62,387 bases of DNA from Thermomicrobiales bacterium (lineage in GTDB: Bacteria > Chloroflexota > Chloroflexia > Thermomicrobiales > CFX8). The position numbers and the translations under genes are program-made. The notes under the pieces are model-generated. The model did no database searches, was not told where the DNA came from, and saw only the letters and a list, made by a program, of their open reading frames with translations. The DNA lies in the NCBI GenBank assembly GCA_035513175.1, contig DATKCN010000294.1:1-62387 (forward strand), in the 5' to 3' direction. Shown here piece by piece: positions 8,628 to 18,335 of this stretch (its first letter is position 1; every line of letters begins with the position of its first letter).

Positions 8628-10706
8628 CTAGACGCTTGCTTCCTGCCTGGCCCGGTGCGCGGAAACGATAGCGTCGGTCAGGTGGCTGGGAACCTGCTGG
8701 TAGTGGCTGAACTCCGTCGTGAAGGTGCCCCGCCCCTGCGTAATGGATCGCAGGTCCGTCGCATAGCGCTGCACCTCCGCGGACGGCACCGTGGCCTCTA
8801 TCGTCGTCGAGCCGGCGCCGCTCGGCGTCATCCCGGTCACGTGAGCGCGCTTGGTCGTGAGGTCGCCCATCACGTCGCCCGTGTATCCGTCCGGCACGGT
8901 CACCTCGATGCGCAGCACCGGCTCCAGGATGACCGGCTGCGCTGCCTGCGCCGCCTTCTTGAATGCCTGTGACGCCGCCAGCTTGAATGCCATTTCCGAG
9001 GAGTCGACGTTGTGGTACGACCCGTCCGTCAGCGTGACCTTGACGTTGACGACCGGAAATCCCGCGAGGATGCCCTCTTCCATCGCCTCGCGCACGCCCT
9101 TTTCGACTGCCGGAATGTACTGGCGTGGAACTGAGCCACCGAAGATGGACTCCACGAACTCGAAGTCCTGATCGGTCGGCGACACGTCGATGAAAACGTG
9201 GCCGTACTGCCCGTGTCCGCCGGTCTGCTTCTTGTGCTTGTACTCCACCTTCTGGACCGCGCGCTGGATCGTCTCGCGATACGGCACGGTCGGCAGCCCC
9301 ACGTCAACGTTAACCCCGAATTTCCGCGCCATGCGCTCCAACGCAATCTGCACATGCGACTCGCCAAGGCCGCCGACAATGGTCTCGCCGGTTTGCGGAT
9401 CGCGGCCGATCGTCAGCGTCGGATCCTCGTCGATGATGCGCGCGAGCGCGGCGCCCATCTTGTCCAGATCCGACTTGGTGCGCGGCATGACCGACGCGGT
9501 AAACAGCGTCCTCGGAAACCGGACGCCTTCGATGATCGCCTTGCGCGCGGGATCGCACAGCGTGTCGCCCGTCGACGTGTCCGCAAGCTTGGCAACCGCG
9601 CCGATGTCGCCGGCCGTCAATTCCGATACGGGAAGCTGCTCCTTGCCTCGCAGCACATAGAGCTGTCCGATCCGCTCGTCCTTGTCCTTGACCGTGTTCC
9701 ACACATGCGAGTCGGACCGGATCGTGCCCGAGAAAACCCGGAAATACGTCAGCTTACCGACGAACGGGTCAGCCATCGTTTTCCAGACGAGCGCGGCCAG
9801 CGGCTCGTCAGGAGATGGATTCAGCTCAACCTCGGCCGCGCTTATGGTCTTCGCGAGCTCCGGTCCAGGGGCAGGGGCAAAGGCGACGATCGCGTCCATC
9901 ACGATGCCGACGCCACGGTTCATCGCCGCTCCCGACACCAGCACGGGAACGACCTCACGCCGGGCAACGGCGGCACGCAAGGCCCTCCGCAGCTCGTCAG
10001 TCGAAATCTCCTCGTCCTCGAGATAGCGCAGCATGAGCTCTTCGTCGCTCTCGGCGATCTTCTCAACGATGTGCAGGCGGTACGTTTCAGCCTCATCGAG
10101 CAGTTCGGCTGGAACGTCCGCGTCGGTCGTATCCCCGGCGCGACCGTCGGCGAACAGATGCGCGCGCATTTCAAGTAGATCGACGACGCCGCGAAACGAC
10201 GACTCACTGCCGATTGGGATGTAGAGCGGGACAACGGCGTGCCCCAGCAGGGACTGGGCCGATTCGAGGCTGCTGGCAAAATTCGCGTTCTCGCGATCCA
10301 TCTTGTTGATCACGAGAATGCGCGGCAGCTCCCGCTCCTGGGCGAACTGCCAGGCATACTCGGTCCCGACCTCAACGCCAGCCGACGCGTCAAGCAGGAT
10401 GACGGCGCTATCGACGACGCGAATGCAACCCTTCACCTCGCCGATGAAGTCAGCGTATCCGGGGGCGTCGAGCACGTTGATCTTGTGGTCCCGCCACTCG
10501 ACCGGCGCGATGCTCGTGCTGATCGAGATTGTCCGCTTGACTTCGTCCGGATCCCAGTCCGAGACGGTGTTGCCTTCTTCAACACGACCAAGCCGAGAAA
10601 TAGCATTGCTGTTGAACAACATGGCCTCGGTCATTGACGTTTTCCCGGCGCCACCATGTGAGAACAGGCCGATGTTGCGGATGCTGTCGACAGGGTACGT
10701 CTTCAC
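8628..10706 (-). CDS. elongation factor G family GTPase. It lies outside a str operon, so it is likely an EF-G paralog.
   Basis: G1 is HGGAGKTS, G3 is DAPGYADF and G4 is NKMD. EF-G domains II-V are present across the 692-aa length. Confidence 0.9.
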   Translation of the reverse strand: MKTYPVDSIRNIGLFSHGGAGKTSMTEAMLFNSNAISRLGRVEEGNTVSDWDPDEVKRTISISTSIAPVEWRDHKINVLDAPGYADFIGEVKGCIRVVDSAVILLDASAGVEVGTEYAWQFAQERELPRILVINKMDRENANFASSLESAQSLLGHAVVPLYIPIGSESSFRGVVDLLEMRAHLFADGRAGDTTDADVPAELLDEAETYRLHIVEKIAESDEELMLRYLEDEEISTDELRRALRAAVARREVVPVLVSGAAMNRGVGIVMDAIVAFAPAPGPELAKTISAAEVELNPSPDEPLAALVWKTMADPFVGKLTYFRVFSGTIRSDSHVWNTVKDKDERIGQLYVLRGKEQLPVSELTAGDIGAVAKLADTSTGDTLCDPARKAIIEGVRFPRTLFTASVMPRTKSDLDKMGAALARIIDEDPTLTIGRDPQTGETIVGGLGESHVQIALERMARKFGVNVDVGLPTVPYRETIQRAVQKVEYKHKKQTGGHGQYGHVFIDVSPTDQDFEFVESIFGGSVPRQYIPAVEKGVREAMEEGILAGFPVVNVKVTLTDGSYHNVDSSEMAFKLAASQAFKKAAQAAQPVILEPVLRIEVTVPDGYTGDVMGDLTTKRAHVTGMTPSGAGSTTIEATVPSAEVQRYATDLRSITQGRGTFTTEFSHYQQVPSHLTDAIVSAHRARQEASV

Positions 10707-10910
10707 AACCTACCTCCCGTAGTTCGGCCGGACCAGGGTGTGCCGTAACCGGCGCCAGAAGCGCTCGATGACAGGCGGGCTACAATCGTCCTGTTCCAGC
10801 GCGGACCCTCACACGAGCGCCTGAGGCCGAGGTTACATGGGCAACCTAACCTGGCTGATCGGTCTATTATAGACGACCACGAATTCCGCGAGCATTGGGG
10901 GGGACATCAG

Positions 10911-12020
10911 GTGAGTAATCGCGAAACACTTGTCGAACGCATCCGTGATCTGCTCCGCGAGCTCGCGCTGCTGGACGGGGTGGCCGGGCACGAGCATGCG
11001 GTCGTTGGGCGGCTGACGGAGCTGCTCGACCCAATTTCGGCGTCAGTCGATGTCGACTCGTTCGGCAATGTGTTCGCGCGCGTCAACGAGCACGCGTCAG
11101 GTCCATTGTTAATGATCGCCGCTCACTCGGACGAAATCGGAGCGCTCGTCAAGTCAATCGAGCCCAGCGGCATGCTCCGCTTCGAACGCGCTGGCGGCAT
11201 CATCGAGACGTTGATGATCGGCCGCTTCGTGCGGATCCGCGGACACCGCGGAGTCGTGGGCGTCAAGGCCGGGCACATCCAGACCAGCGACGAACGGGGC
11301 CGCGCGCCCGCAATGCGCGAGCTGTATGTGGACATGGGCGTCGACTCGGCTGATGCAGTGCGGAAGCTGGGCATCCGTGTCGGCGACGCCATCGCCTACG
11401 AGTCGCCGATGCAGGAGCTGGCAAACCCAATTCGCGTCGCCGGAAAGGCGTTGGACAATCGCGTGTCGTGCGCGATCGTCGTGCTCCTCGCGGAGCGGTT
11501 ACGTGGGTTGGACCTGGCGTGCTCCGTTCAACTGGTTGTCACCGTTCAGGAGGAAGTCGGGCTGCGTGGCGCCCAGATCGCAACCCATCGCGTCAACCCG
11601 GACGCGGCCATCGTGATCGACACCGTGCCGGCAGGGGGCACGCCGGACGTCGACTACCACCGCGATCTCAGCATGCGTATCGGCGATGGACCTGTGCTCG
11701 CCCTCGCCAGCCGAGGCGGCTCATCCGGCCACCTGCTGAATCCCGCGATGCGTGACTTCCTCAGAGGGTGCGCGGCTACAGCCGGAATCGGCCTCCAGGA
11801 ATCGCTGTTTTACGGCGGCACGTCCGACGCCTCGGCGGTGCATCTGGTCCGGGATGGCGTCCCAACCGGAGTCATTAACATCGCCAGGCGCTATTCGCAC
11901 TCGCCGGTCGAGACGCTGGACCTTGGTGACGCCGTCGACACGCTCCTGCTCGTCGAGCAGGCAGCAAAGTCGTTCGGTCCCGGCACGGCGCTGGGATTTC
12001 TGAGCGCGGAGTGGGGATGA
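10911..12020 (+). CDS. M42 family metallopeptidase (FrvX/PepA-like aminopeptidase)
   Basis: Motifs include AAHSDEIG, ALDNRVSC and VQEEVGLRGA, plus C-terminal IARRYSHSPVE, all typical of M42. Confidence 0.85.
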   Translation: MSNRETLVERIRDLLRELALLDGVAGHEHAVVGRLTELLDPISASVDVDSFGNVFARVNEHASGPLLMIAAHSDEIGALVKSIEPSGMLRFERAGGIIETLMIGRFVRIRGHRGVVGVKAGHIQTSDERGRAPAMRELYVDMGVDSADAVRKLGIRVGDAIAYESPMQELANPIRVAGKALDNRVSCAIVVLLAERLRGLDLACSVQLVVTVQEEVGLRGAQIATHRVNPDAAIVIDTVPAGGTPDVDYHRDLSMRIGDGPVLALASRGGSSGHLLNPAMRDFLRGCAATAGIGLQESLFYGGTSDASAVHLVRDGVPTGVINIARRYSHSPVETLDLGDAVDTLLLVEQAAKSFGPGTALGFLSAEWG

Positions 12021-12791
12021 TCAGGTCGGCCGCGCTCGCTCCCAGATCAGCCGGAGGCCGTCGATCGTCAGATCGGGCAGGTAGATGGAAATGCGTGGGC
12101 AGTGCTCGGCGAACAGCCTGCCGAATCCACCAGTAGCCACGACAGTCGTCGTCTCACCAACCTCCGCGTCGATGCGCCTGATCAACCCTTCGACCAGTCC
12201 CAGGTAGCCGAACATGATGCCGGACTGCATGCTAGCGACCGTGTTTCGCCCTATGGCGTTCGCAGGCATCACGAGCTCGACGCTCGTCAGGCGCGCCGCG
12301 CGCCCGACGAGCGCGTCGTGCGCGGCGCGGATATCCGGGGCGATCGCGCCGCCAATGAAGCGACCGTCGCGCGTCACGACGTTTAATGTCGTGGCCGTGC
12401 CGAAGTCGAGGACAATGGTCGGCCCGCCGAATCGAGCGAAGGCGGCGGCCGCGTCGACGAGTCGGTCCGGACCGACCTCCAGCGGGTTGTCGATGTCGAC
12501 CTGAATGCCCATGTTCGTCATCGCGTCGACGACGATCGGATCGAGTCCGATTCGGTCGCGGATCATCTGGCTCAACCATGGAGTCACTGCCGGCACGCTG
12601 CTGCTCAGGACAGCCCCATCCAGGCTGTTCAACTCGACCTTGTCAGCGGCAGCGAGTGTGTTAATGATCACCCACCACTCGTCGGGCATGCTGGTGCGGT
12701 TCGTCGAGACGCGCCATCTTGCGACGAGCTCGTCGCCCTGACTCACCCCGAACTTGACGTTGGTGTTGCCCGCGTCAATCAGCAGCAGCAT
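12021..12791 (-). CDS. coaX: type III pantothenate kinase
   Basis: The N-terminus is MLLLIDAGNTNVKFGV, with DFGTATT and TGG motifs of the ASKHA-fold CoaX family. 256 aa. Confidence 0.9.
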   Translation of the reverse strand: MLLLIDAGNTNVKFGVSQGDELVARWRVSTNRTSMPDEWWVIINTLAAADKVELNSLDGAVLSSSVPAVTPWLSQMIRDRIGLDPIVVDAMTNMGIQVDIDNPLEVGPDRLVDAAAAFARFGGPTIVLDFGTATTLNVVTRDGRFIGGAIAPDIRAAHDALVGRAARLTSVELVMPANAIGRNTVASMQSGIMFGYLGLVEGLIRRIDAEVGETTTVVATGGFGRLFAEHCPRISIYLPDLTIDGLRLIWERARPT

Positions 12792-12812
12792 CGCTTACCC
12801 CACGCGCGGCAC

Positions 12813-13961
12813 TCATACGCTAACCGCTGTCAAAGCACGATGAATCTCGCTTCGGACGTACTCGTCGCGCTCGGCGCGCCACGCGGCTCTCAGCGTCCGG
12901 CGGGCCTCATCCCCGGCAAGCTGCGTCAACGCGGCGGCCGCATGTCCCCGCGCCAACGGCAGGTCGTGCGCGAGCAGCATGCCGATCAGAATCGGCTCGG
13001 CTCGCGGGTCACCGGTGTTGCCGAGCGCGACCGCCGCGTTGCGCGCCATTCCCGACCGCTTGGCTCGCGTAACCGGCGTGCCTGAGTACGCCTCCCGGAA
13101 TTGCTCCTCTGTCATCGTTGCAAGGAAGCCGAGCGATGGGAAGACGTTGTCAATCGAGCGTGGCCGGAAGTCGGGATCGTCGGTTACCTTCGCAGCAGCC
13201 GTATACGGGCAGACGTCCTGGCAGATGTCGCAGCCGAAAACATACGTCCCCATTCGGGACCGCAGTTCGTGCGGGATCGGTCCGCGCTCTTCGATGGTCA
13301 GATAGCTGACGCAGAGATTCGAGTCCACGCGATACGGCTCGACAATAGCGCCAGTCGGACAGCGAGCGATACAGATCGCGCAGCGGCCGCAGTCCTTCGC
13401 CAACGGCGGATCCGCTGGCAAGCGGAAGTCAACAATGATCTCGCCCAGCATCGCCCACGAGCTGTGACCCGGAATGATGATCATCGTGTTCTTGCCGTGC
13501 CAGCCAACGCCAGCTCGTGCGGCAATCGCGCGGTCCGACGCACGTGCCGTGTCGACCAGCACCCGCGCCTCGATGCTCCTTCCCGATTCTGCTTCGAGCA
13601 GCGCGACGAGGCGGCGCATGCGCTGCTTCAACGTGACGTGATAGTCGCGTCCCCAGGCATAGCGGGCGATTCTGCCGCGAAGCAGCCCGTCGTCCGGCGG
13701 GGACACGATGCCAGACCAGAACGGAACGGCGACGGAAATGATCGACCGAGCGCCCGGATGTAGAACGACCGGATTCATCGACTGGCGCGCGCGTTCGGCG
13801 GTAAACCACCGCATGCCCGCCATATGCCCGCGCTCGACGTGATCGACGACGTAGGGTTCAAGGTCCGCGAACGGCTCAGCCGTCGTGACGCCGACAACGG
13901 CGAGACCGATCTCACGGGACCGACGGGCGATCGTTGATCTTGACAGGACGCCTGCGCTCAC
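12813..13961 (-). CDS. queG: epoxyqueuosine reductase
   Basis: Two 4Fe-4S motifs are present (CGRCAICIARCP and CDICQDVCP). The cobalamin-binding core and C-terminal HEAT-like repeats match QueG architecture. Confidence 0.9.
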   Translation of the reverse strand: MSAGVLSRSTIARRSREIGLAVVGVTTAEPFADLEPYVVDHVERGHMAGMRWFTAERARQSMNPVVLHPGARSIISVAVPFWSGIVSPPDDGLLRGRIARYAWGRDYHVTLKQRMRRLVALLEAESGRSIEARVLVDTARASDRAIAARAGVGWHGKNTMIIIPGHSSWAMLGEIIVDFRLPADPPLAKDCGRCAICIARCPTGAIVEPYRVDSNLCVSYLTIEERGPIPHELRSRMGTYVFGCDICQDVCPYTAAAKVTDDPDFRPRSIDNVFPSLGFLATMTEEQFREAYSGTPVTRAKRSGMARNAAVALGNTGDPRAEPILIGMLLAHDLPLARGHAAAALTQLAGDEARRTLRAAWRAERDEYVRSEIHRALTAVSV

Positions 13962-14902
13962 TGAGTTCCGGCCTGTTCCCGAATCACGCGCTCGACTTCA
14001 ACTCGCGTCGGCAAGCCCGCGCGCGCGCCGAGTGCGCGGCACGCAAGGCCCCCCAGCGCGTTCGCGCGCGACAGAATCGTTGGTTCATCACAGTGTTCGA
14101 GCATCCCCCAGAGGCAGCCGGCGGCGAACGCGTCTCCAGCGCCGGTTGTGTCCACCACATCGACATCGATGGCTGGCGCCGAGACGACTCCCGACTCCGT
14201 GATCGCCAACCCGCCGTGCGGTCCATTGCTGACGAACACCACGCGACACGCGTTGTGCCGGATGTCGCGGCTCGCGATGTCAGTAGCAGCCGACAGGTCG
14301 GAGCAGCCGGTGAGCGTCATCAATTCGCGGGCGTTGCCGGCAACGGCATCGTGGCGCATGATCTGATCCCAGCCTGCTGCCGGATCCATCTCGACCACGT
14401 ACGTCATCGTGCCGAACAGACGGGTGCGCGGGCTACGGTGCGCGGGCAGATCGAGCAGAAAGCTGCGCAGGCGCGCGTCATCGATGTCGATCATCAGCCA
14501 CTCGCGAGCAAGCATCTCGTCAATCGGGAACGTCATGCCGGAGACCGGCTTGACCCCCTGAATCCAGTAGATCGTGCGATCGCGGTTGGCGAGCTCTCCA
14601 GAGATCACGATGACACCGCTGTCCGACGCACTGCCTGAAATAGTCTCAACGTGGTCGACGCCGCAGCCGGTGTCACGCAAGGAGGCGACCAGCCGTCGCC
14701 CCTCTTCGTCATCACCCACGCGCGATACGAGCGTCACGTCCACGCCCAGCAGCGCGAGCGCGGCGCAGGCGTTGCCGGTCGTGCCACCAGCTTGCTCGAA
14801 GCGCTGTCGCACAATCGCGTACTCGCCGGGTCCGGGGTACTGATCGGTGACGATGAAACGATCCCACGAGCACAGGCCAATTGCGGCGACGCCGTGAATC
14901 AT
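13958..14902 (-). CDS. PfkB-family carbohydrate kinase (ribokinase-like)
   Basis: The C-terminal signature DTTGAGDAFAAG and the N-terminal GGTTGNAC motif are present. There is a 4-nt overlap with queG. Confidence 0.8.
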   Translation of the reverse strand: MIHGVAAIGLCSWDRFIVTDQYPGPGEYAIVRQRFEQAGGTTGNACAALALLGVDVTLVSRVGDDEEGRRLVASLRDTGCGVDHVETISGSASDSGVIVISGELANRDRTIYWIQGVKPVSGMTFPIDEMLAREWLMIDIDDARLRSFLLDLPAHRSPRTRLFGTMTYVVEMDPAAGWDQIMRHDAVAGNARELMTLTGCSDLSAATDIASRDIRHNACRVVFVSNGPHGGLAITESGVVSAPAIDVDVVDTTGAGDAFAAGCLWGMLEHCDEPTILSRANALGGLACRALGARAGLPTRVEVERVIREQAGTQ

Positions 14903-14976
14903 GTGAGTGGCATCCCTTCTCGGCGACTGACGTGGCGTCGGTGACCCGGCTCAATACGAAACGTTAGCACAGGGCC

Positions 14977-15723
14977 GTGATGACTTCGGTCCGGCATGGG
15001 TACAATCACGCCGTGACGTCAACACAGAAAGCGCCCGAACAGTCGATTCTGGTTGTCGAGGACGAGCGTACGCTCGCAGATGCCCTGCGGTTCAATCTTG
15101 AGCGGCAGGGGTATGCGGTGCACGGAGTCGACAATGGCTATGACGCCGTCGACTTCGCCACGGAGCTCAACGTCGACCTTGTCATCCTTGACGTCATGCT
15201 TCCCGGCATCGACGGACTCGAAGTCTGCCGGCGGATCCGCGCGCGGTCAGACGTGCCGATCCTGATGCTGACGGCGCGTGGCGAGGAGATCGATCGGGTG
15301 TTGGGGCTCGAAATCGGCGCCGACGACTATCTCACCAAGCCGTTCAGCTTGAGGGAACTCATTGCGCGCGTGCGGGCACTCCTCCGCCGCTCGGGACGCT
15401 CGGTCGTCACGCGTCCGGCGAGCGCCGCGCGTGAGTCCGGAGACCTGAAGATCTCGACCGCGGAGCGGCGCGCGTGGAAGGGCGACACCGAGCTTGTGCT
15501 GAGACCTCGTGAGTTCGAGCTGCTTGCTTTTCTGATGCATAACCACTCGCTGGCGTTGACACGGCAACAGCTTCTGGACGGAGCCTGGGACGCCGAGTTC
15601 CAGGGCGACGAACGAACCGTCGACGTCCACATCCGCGGCCTCAGGGAGCTGATCGAGAGCGATCCGCGGCGTCCTACCCGCATCGTAACCGTTCGAGGCG
15701 TCGGCTACCGGTTCGAGGGCTGA
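14977..15723 (+). CDS. OmpR-family response regulator
   Basis: The receiver domain has ILVVEDE, DLVILDVMLPG and the Lys motif YLTKPF. The winged-helix output has TVRGVGYRF. The start is uncertain (GTG 15013 is an alternative). Confidence 0.9.
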   Translation: MMTSVRHGYNHAVTSTQKAPEQSILVVEDERTLADALRFNLERQGYAVHGVDNGYDAVDFATELNVDLVILDVMLPGIDGLEVCRRIRARSDVPILMLTARGEEIDRVLGLEIGADDYLTKPFSLRELIARVRALLRRSGRSVVTRPASAARESGDLKISTAERRAWKGDTELVLRPREFELLAFLMHNHSLALTRQQLLDGAWDAEFQGDERTVDVHIRGLRELIESDPRRPTRIVTVRGVGYRFEG

Positions 15724-15725
15724 TC

Positions 15726-17102
15726 ATGAAGCGAGAGCTTGTCGAAATCACGACGCCGCTGCTGGTGTTTCTGGCTGGGTTTGCGCTGGGCTGGTCCGTC
15801 GCCTCGCCGGGCTGGGGCATCGTCGCGGGATTGGCGCTCAGCGCGGTGTCGCTGGCAATGCTCCTGGATCGTCGTCGTCGATTCACTGCCGGGATCGTGG
15901 CGCTCACCCGCGGCGACGACGCCGCCGCCGAGCTTGATCCCGCGCTGCTGAGCCTGCGGGGCGCGTCCGGGGACCTGTATAGATCAGTTGCGAGGCACGT
16001 TACCCGCTCCGACGAACGGTGGCAGGACGCGGCGGCGCGGGTGCGGCAGCAGGCGCTCCTGCTCGACCGGATGAACGAGGGGCTGATGCAGGTGTCCGCG
16101 TCCGGCGTCGTCACCTATGCCAACGTCGCTGCGAGCTCGCTTTTCGGCGGCCGAAATCCCGTCAATCGGTCGTTCATCGGCGTAACGCGCGACTATGAGC
16201 TCGATCGGGCGCTGCAACAGTGCTTTCGGACCGGCGCCCCGCAGCGACACGTCTTCGAGATTGCCGGCGAGGGACGCATAGTCGACTCGGCGATCGTCGT
16301 GCTGAGTGAGACGCCACCAGAGGCGCTGGTCATGCTACGCGACATAACCGAGATGAATCGGCTTATGAGCCTGCGGCGTGACTTCGTGGCGAATGTTTCG
16401 CATGAGTTGCGGACGCCGCTGTCGACAATCAAAATCCTGACCGAAACACTGATCGATCTTCGATCCGAGGATGACGAGGCGGTTCGCTTCCTCAACAAGA
16501 TTGACGGAGAAGTGGACTCGATGACCGCGCTCGTGCGCGACCTGCTGGAGTTGACGCGCCTCGAATCGGGAGCCGGACGACTGGCGATCCGCACGATCGA
16601 TGTAGCGTCGATGGTCGAGGATGTTTGCGACCGGATGCGGCCGCTGGCGAACCGCCACGGCGTCACCGTTGAAATGTGCGTTGACGCGGCGGCGGGCGTG
16701 GCGTCGATTGACGAACGACGGCTTCATCAGGCGTTGATCAACCTGATCTCGAACGCAATAGCGCACTCGATGTCCGGGCAGATCGTCAGTGTGCGTGCCT
16801 CAGGCGACCGGGAAATCGTCACTTTTGAGGTCGAGGATCGCGGGGACGGCATTCCAGTGGCGGACCTGCCGCGAGTATGGGAGCGATTCTTCAAGACGGA
16901 TCGGGCGCGCGCGGGCCCAGGGACCGGTCTGGGGCTGGCGATCGTGAAACACATCGTACAGGCGCATCGCGGCAGCGTGTCGGCGTCCAGCGTCGTGGGC
17001 GCGGGATCGACATTCCGCATCACGATTCCTCGCGGCGCTGGGCTCATCGAGACACAGTCAGGGGTTGATCCAGCGATGGACGACGTGTTCGTCCCCGGCT
17101 AA
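15726..17102 (+). CDS. sensor histidine kinase (2 TM, PAS-like, HisKA, HATPase_c)
   Basis: The H-box is FVANVSHELRTPL, the N-box is LINLISNAIAH and the G-boxes are DRGDGI and GTGLGLAIV. It is adjacent to the response regulator. Confidence 0.9.
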   Translation: MKRELVEITTPLLVFLAGFALGWSVASPGWGIVAGLALSAVSLAMLLDRRRRFTAGIVALTRGDDAAAELDPALLSLRGASGDLYRSVARHVTRSDERWQDAAARVRQQALLLDRMNEGLMQVSASGVVTYANVAASSLFGGRNPVNRSFIGVTRDYELDRALQQCFRTGAPQRHVFEIAGEGRIVDSAIVVLSETPPEALVMLRDITEMNRLMSLRRDFVANVSHELRTPLSTIKILTETLIDLRSEDDEAVRFLNKIDGEVDSMTALVRDLLELTRLESGAGRLAIRTIDVASMVEDVCDRMRPLANRHGVTVEMCVDAAAGVASIDERRLHQALINLISNAIAHSMSGQIVSVRASGDREIVTFEVEDRGDGIPVADLPRVWERFFKTDRARAGPGTGLGLAIVKHIVQAHRGSVSASSVVGAGSTFRITIPRGAGLIETQSGVDPAMDDVFVPG

Positions 17103-17105
17103 CGA

Positions 17106-18236
17106 TCAGGACACCGCCGTGAGCTCCCGCTCGGCGAGCACAGTGCGGATCTCAGTCTTCAGCGCCTCGACGATCTCGTCTTCCTTCACGGTGCGGACGA
17201 TCTCACCCTTGCGGAAGATCAGACCTTTGCCGCGACCGGCGGCGACCCCGACATCGGCGTCGCGCGCCTCGCCGGGTCCGTTGACGACACAGCCCATTAC
17301 GGCAACCTTGATCGGCTCCTTGACCTCCGCGAGGAATGCCTCGACCTCGTTGGCGAGCTTGAACAGATCGACCTCGACGCGACCGCACGTCGGGCACGCC
17401 ACCATCGTGGCGCCTTTCTGTCGCAGCTCGAGGCTCTTGAGGATCTCGTAGGCGACGAAAACTTCTTCGACCGGGTCGGTGGTGAGCGACACGCGGATCG
17501 TGTCCCCAATCCCGAGCGCGAGGAGCGTGCCCAATCCAACCGCCGAACGCACACTGCCTGCCCGCGGCGTGCCCGCCTCGGTGACGCCCAGATGCAACGG
17601 GTAGCTGTTGCGCTTCGCCATGCGCGTGTACGCCTCGAGCATGACCGGCACTTCGAACGCTTTGAGCGAGATCTTGATGTCGTGGAACTCGAGCTCCTCG
17701 AGGATGCGCACGTGCCCCAGAGCGGTGCGCACCATGTGCTCCGCGATGAGCTCGACGTGGGTCGCGTTCGTCGTCGCCATCTCGTCGACAAACTCCTGGG
17801 TCATCGGAGGCGTCGAGCCGAAATTAACCCCGATGCGAATCGGCACGCCTCGTTCCTTGGCCCTGACGACCACCTCACGCACATCATCCGGCTTGCGGAT
17901 GTTTCCCGGATTGAGCCGCAGTCCATGGATGCCCGCGTCGATCGCCTTCAGCGCGAGTGTGTGCTCGAAGTGGATGTCGGCGATAAGTGGCACGGGCGAA
18001 TGCGGCACGATGTCCGGCAACGCGGCCGCCGCTTTGCGGTCTGGGACCGCGACACGCACGATCTCGCAGCCGGCGTCCGCCAGCTCCGTGATCTGCCGCA
18101 AGGTCGCCTCCGGGTCGCGGGTGTCGGATGTCGTCATGGACTGCACGACGACAGGCGCCCCGCCGCCAATGCGCACGTTCCCAACGTACACGGGTCGCGT
18201 CAGACGCCGTGGAGACAGTAGCGTCAACTGGAGCAC
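17106..18236 (-). CDS. ispG: 4-hydroxy-3-methylbut-2-en-1-yl diphosphate synthase
   Basis: GcpE family over the full length: VGNVRIGGGAPVVVQSMT, RINPGN-type LRLNPGNI and the C-terminal Cys cluster ACPTCGR...GCVVNGPGE. Confidence 0.95.
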   Translation of the reverse strand: MLQLTLLSPRRLTRPVYVGNVRIGGGAPVVVQSMTTSDTRDPEATLRQITELADAGCEIVRVAVPDRKAAAALPDIVPHSPVPLIADIHFEHTLALKAIDAGIHGLRLNPGNIRKPDDVREVVVRAKERGVPIRIGVNFGSTPPMTQEFVDEMATTNATHVELIAEHMVRTALGHVRILEELEFHDIKISLKAFEVPVMLEAYTRMAKRNSYPLHLGVTEAGTPRAGSVRSAVGLGTLLALGIGDTIRVSLTTDPVEEVFVAYEILKSLELRQKGATMVACPTCGRVEVDLFKLANEVEAFLAEVKEPIKVAVMGCVVNGPGEARDADVGVAAGRGKGLIFRKGEIVRTVKEDEIVEALKTEIRTVLAERELTAVS

Positions 18237-18335
18237 CTCCTGATCAGACCGGCCAACGTTCGAGCCGGCGCGGAACCTTCGCGAGCATCGATGAGTCGCG
18301 TCAGTGTTACGTGTCGCGAGTTCCCTGTCATCGCA

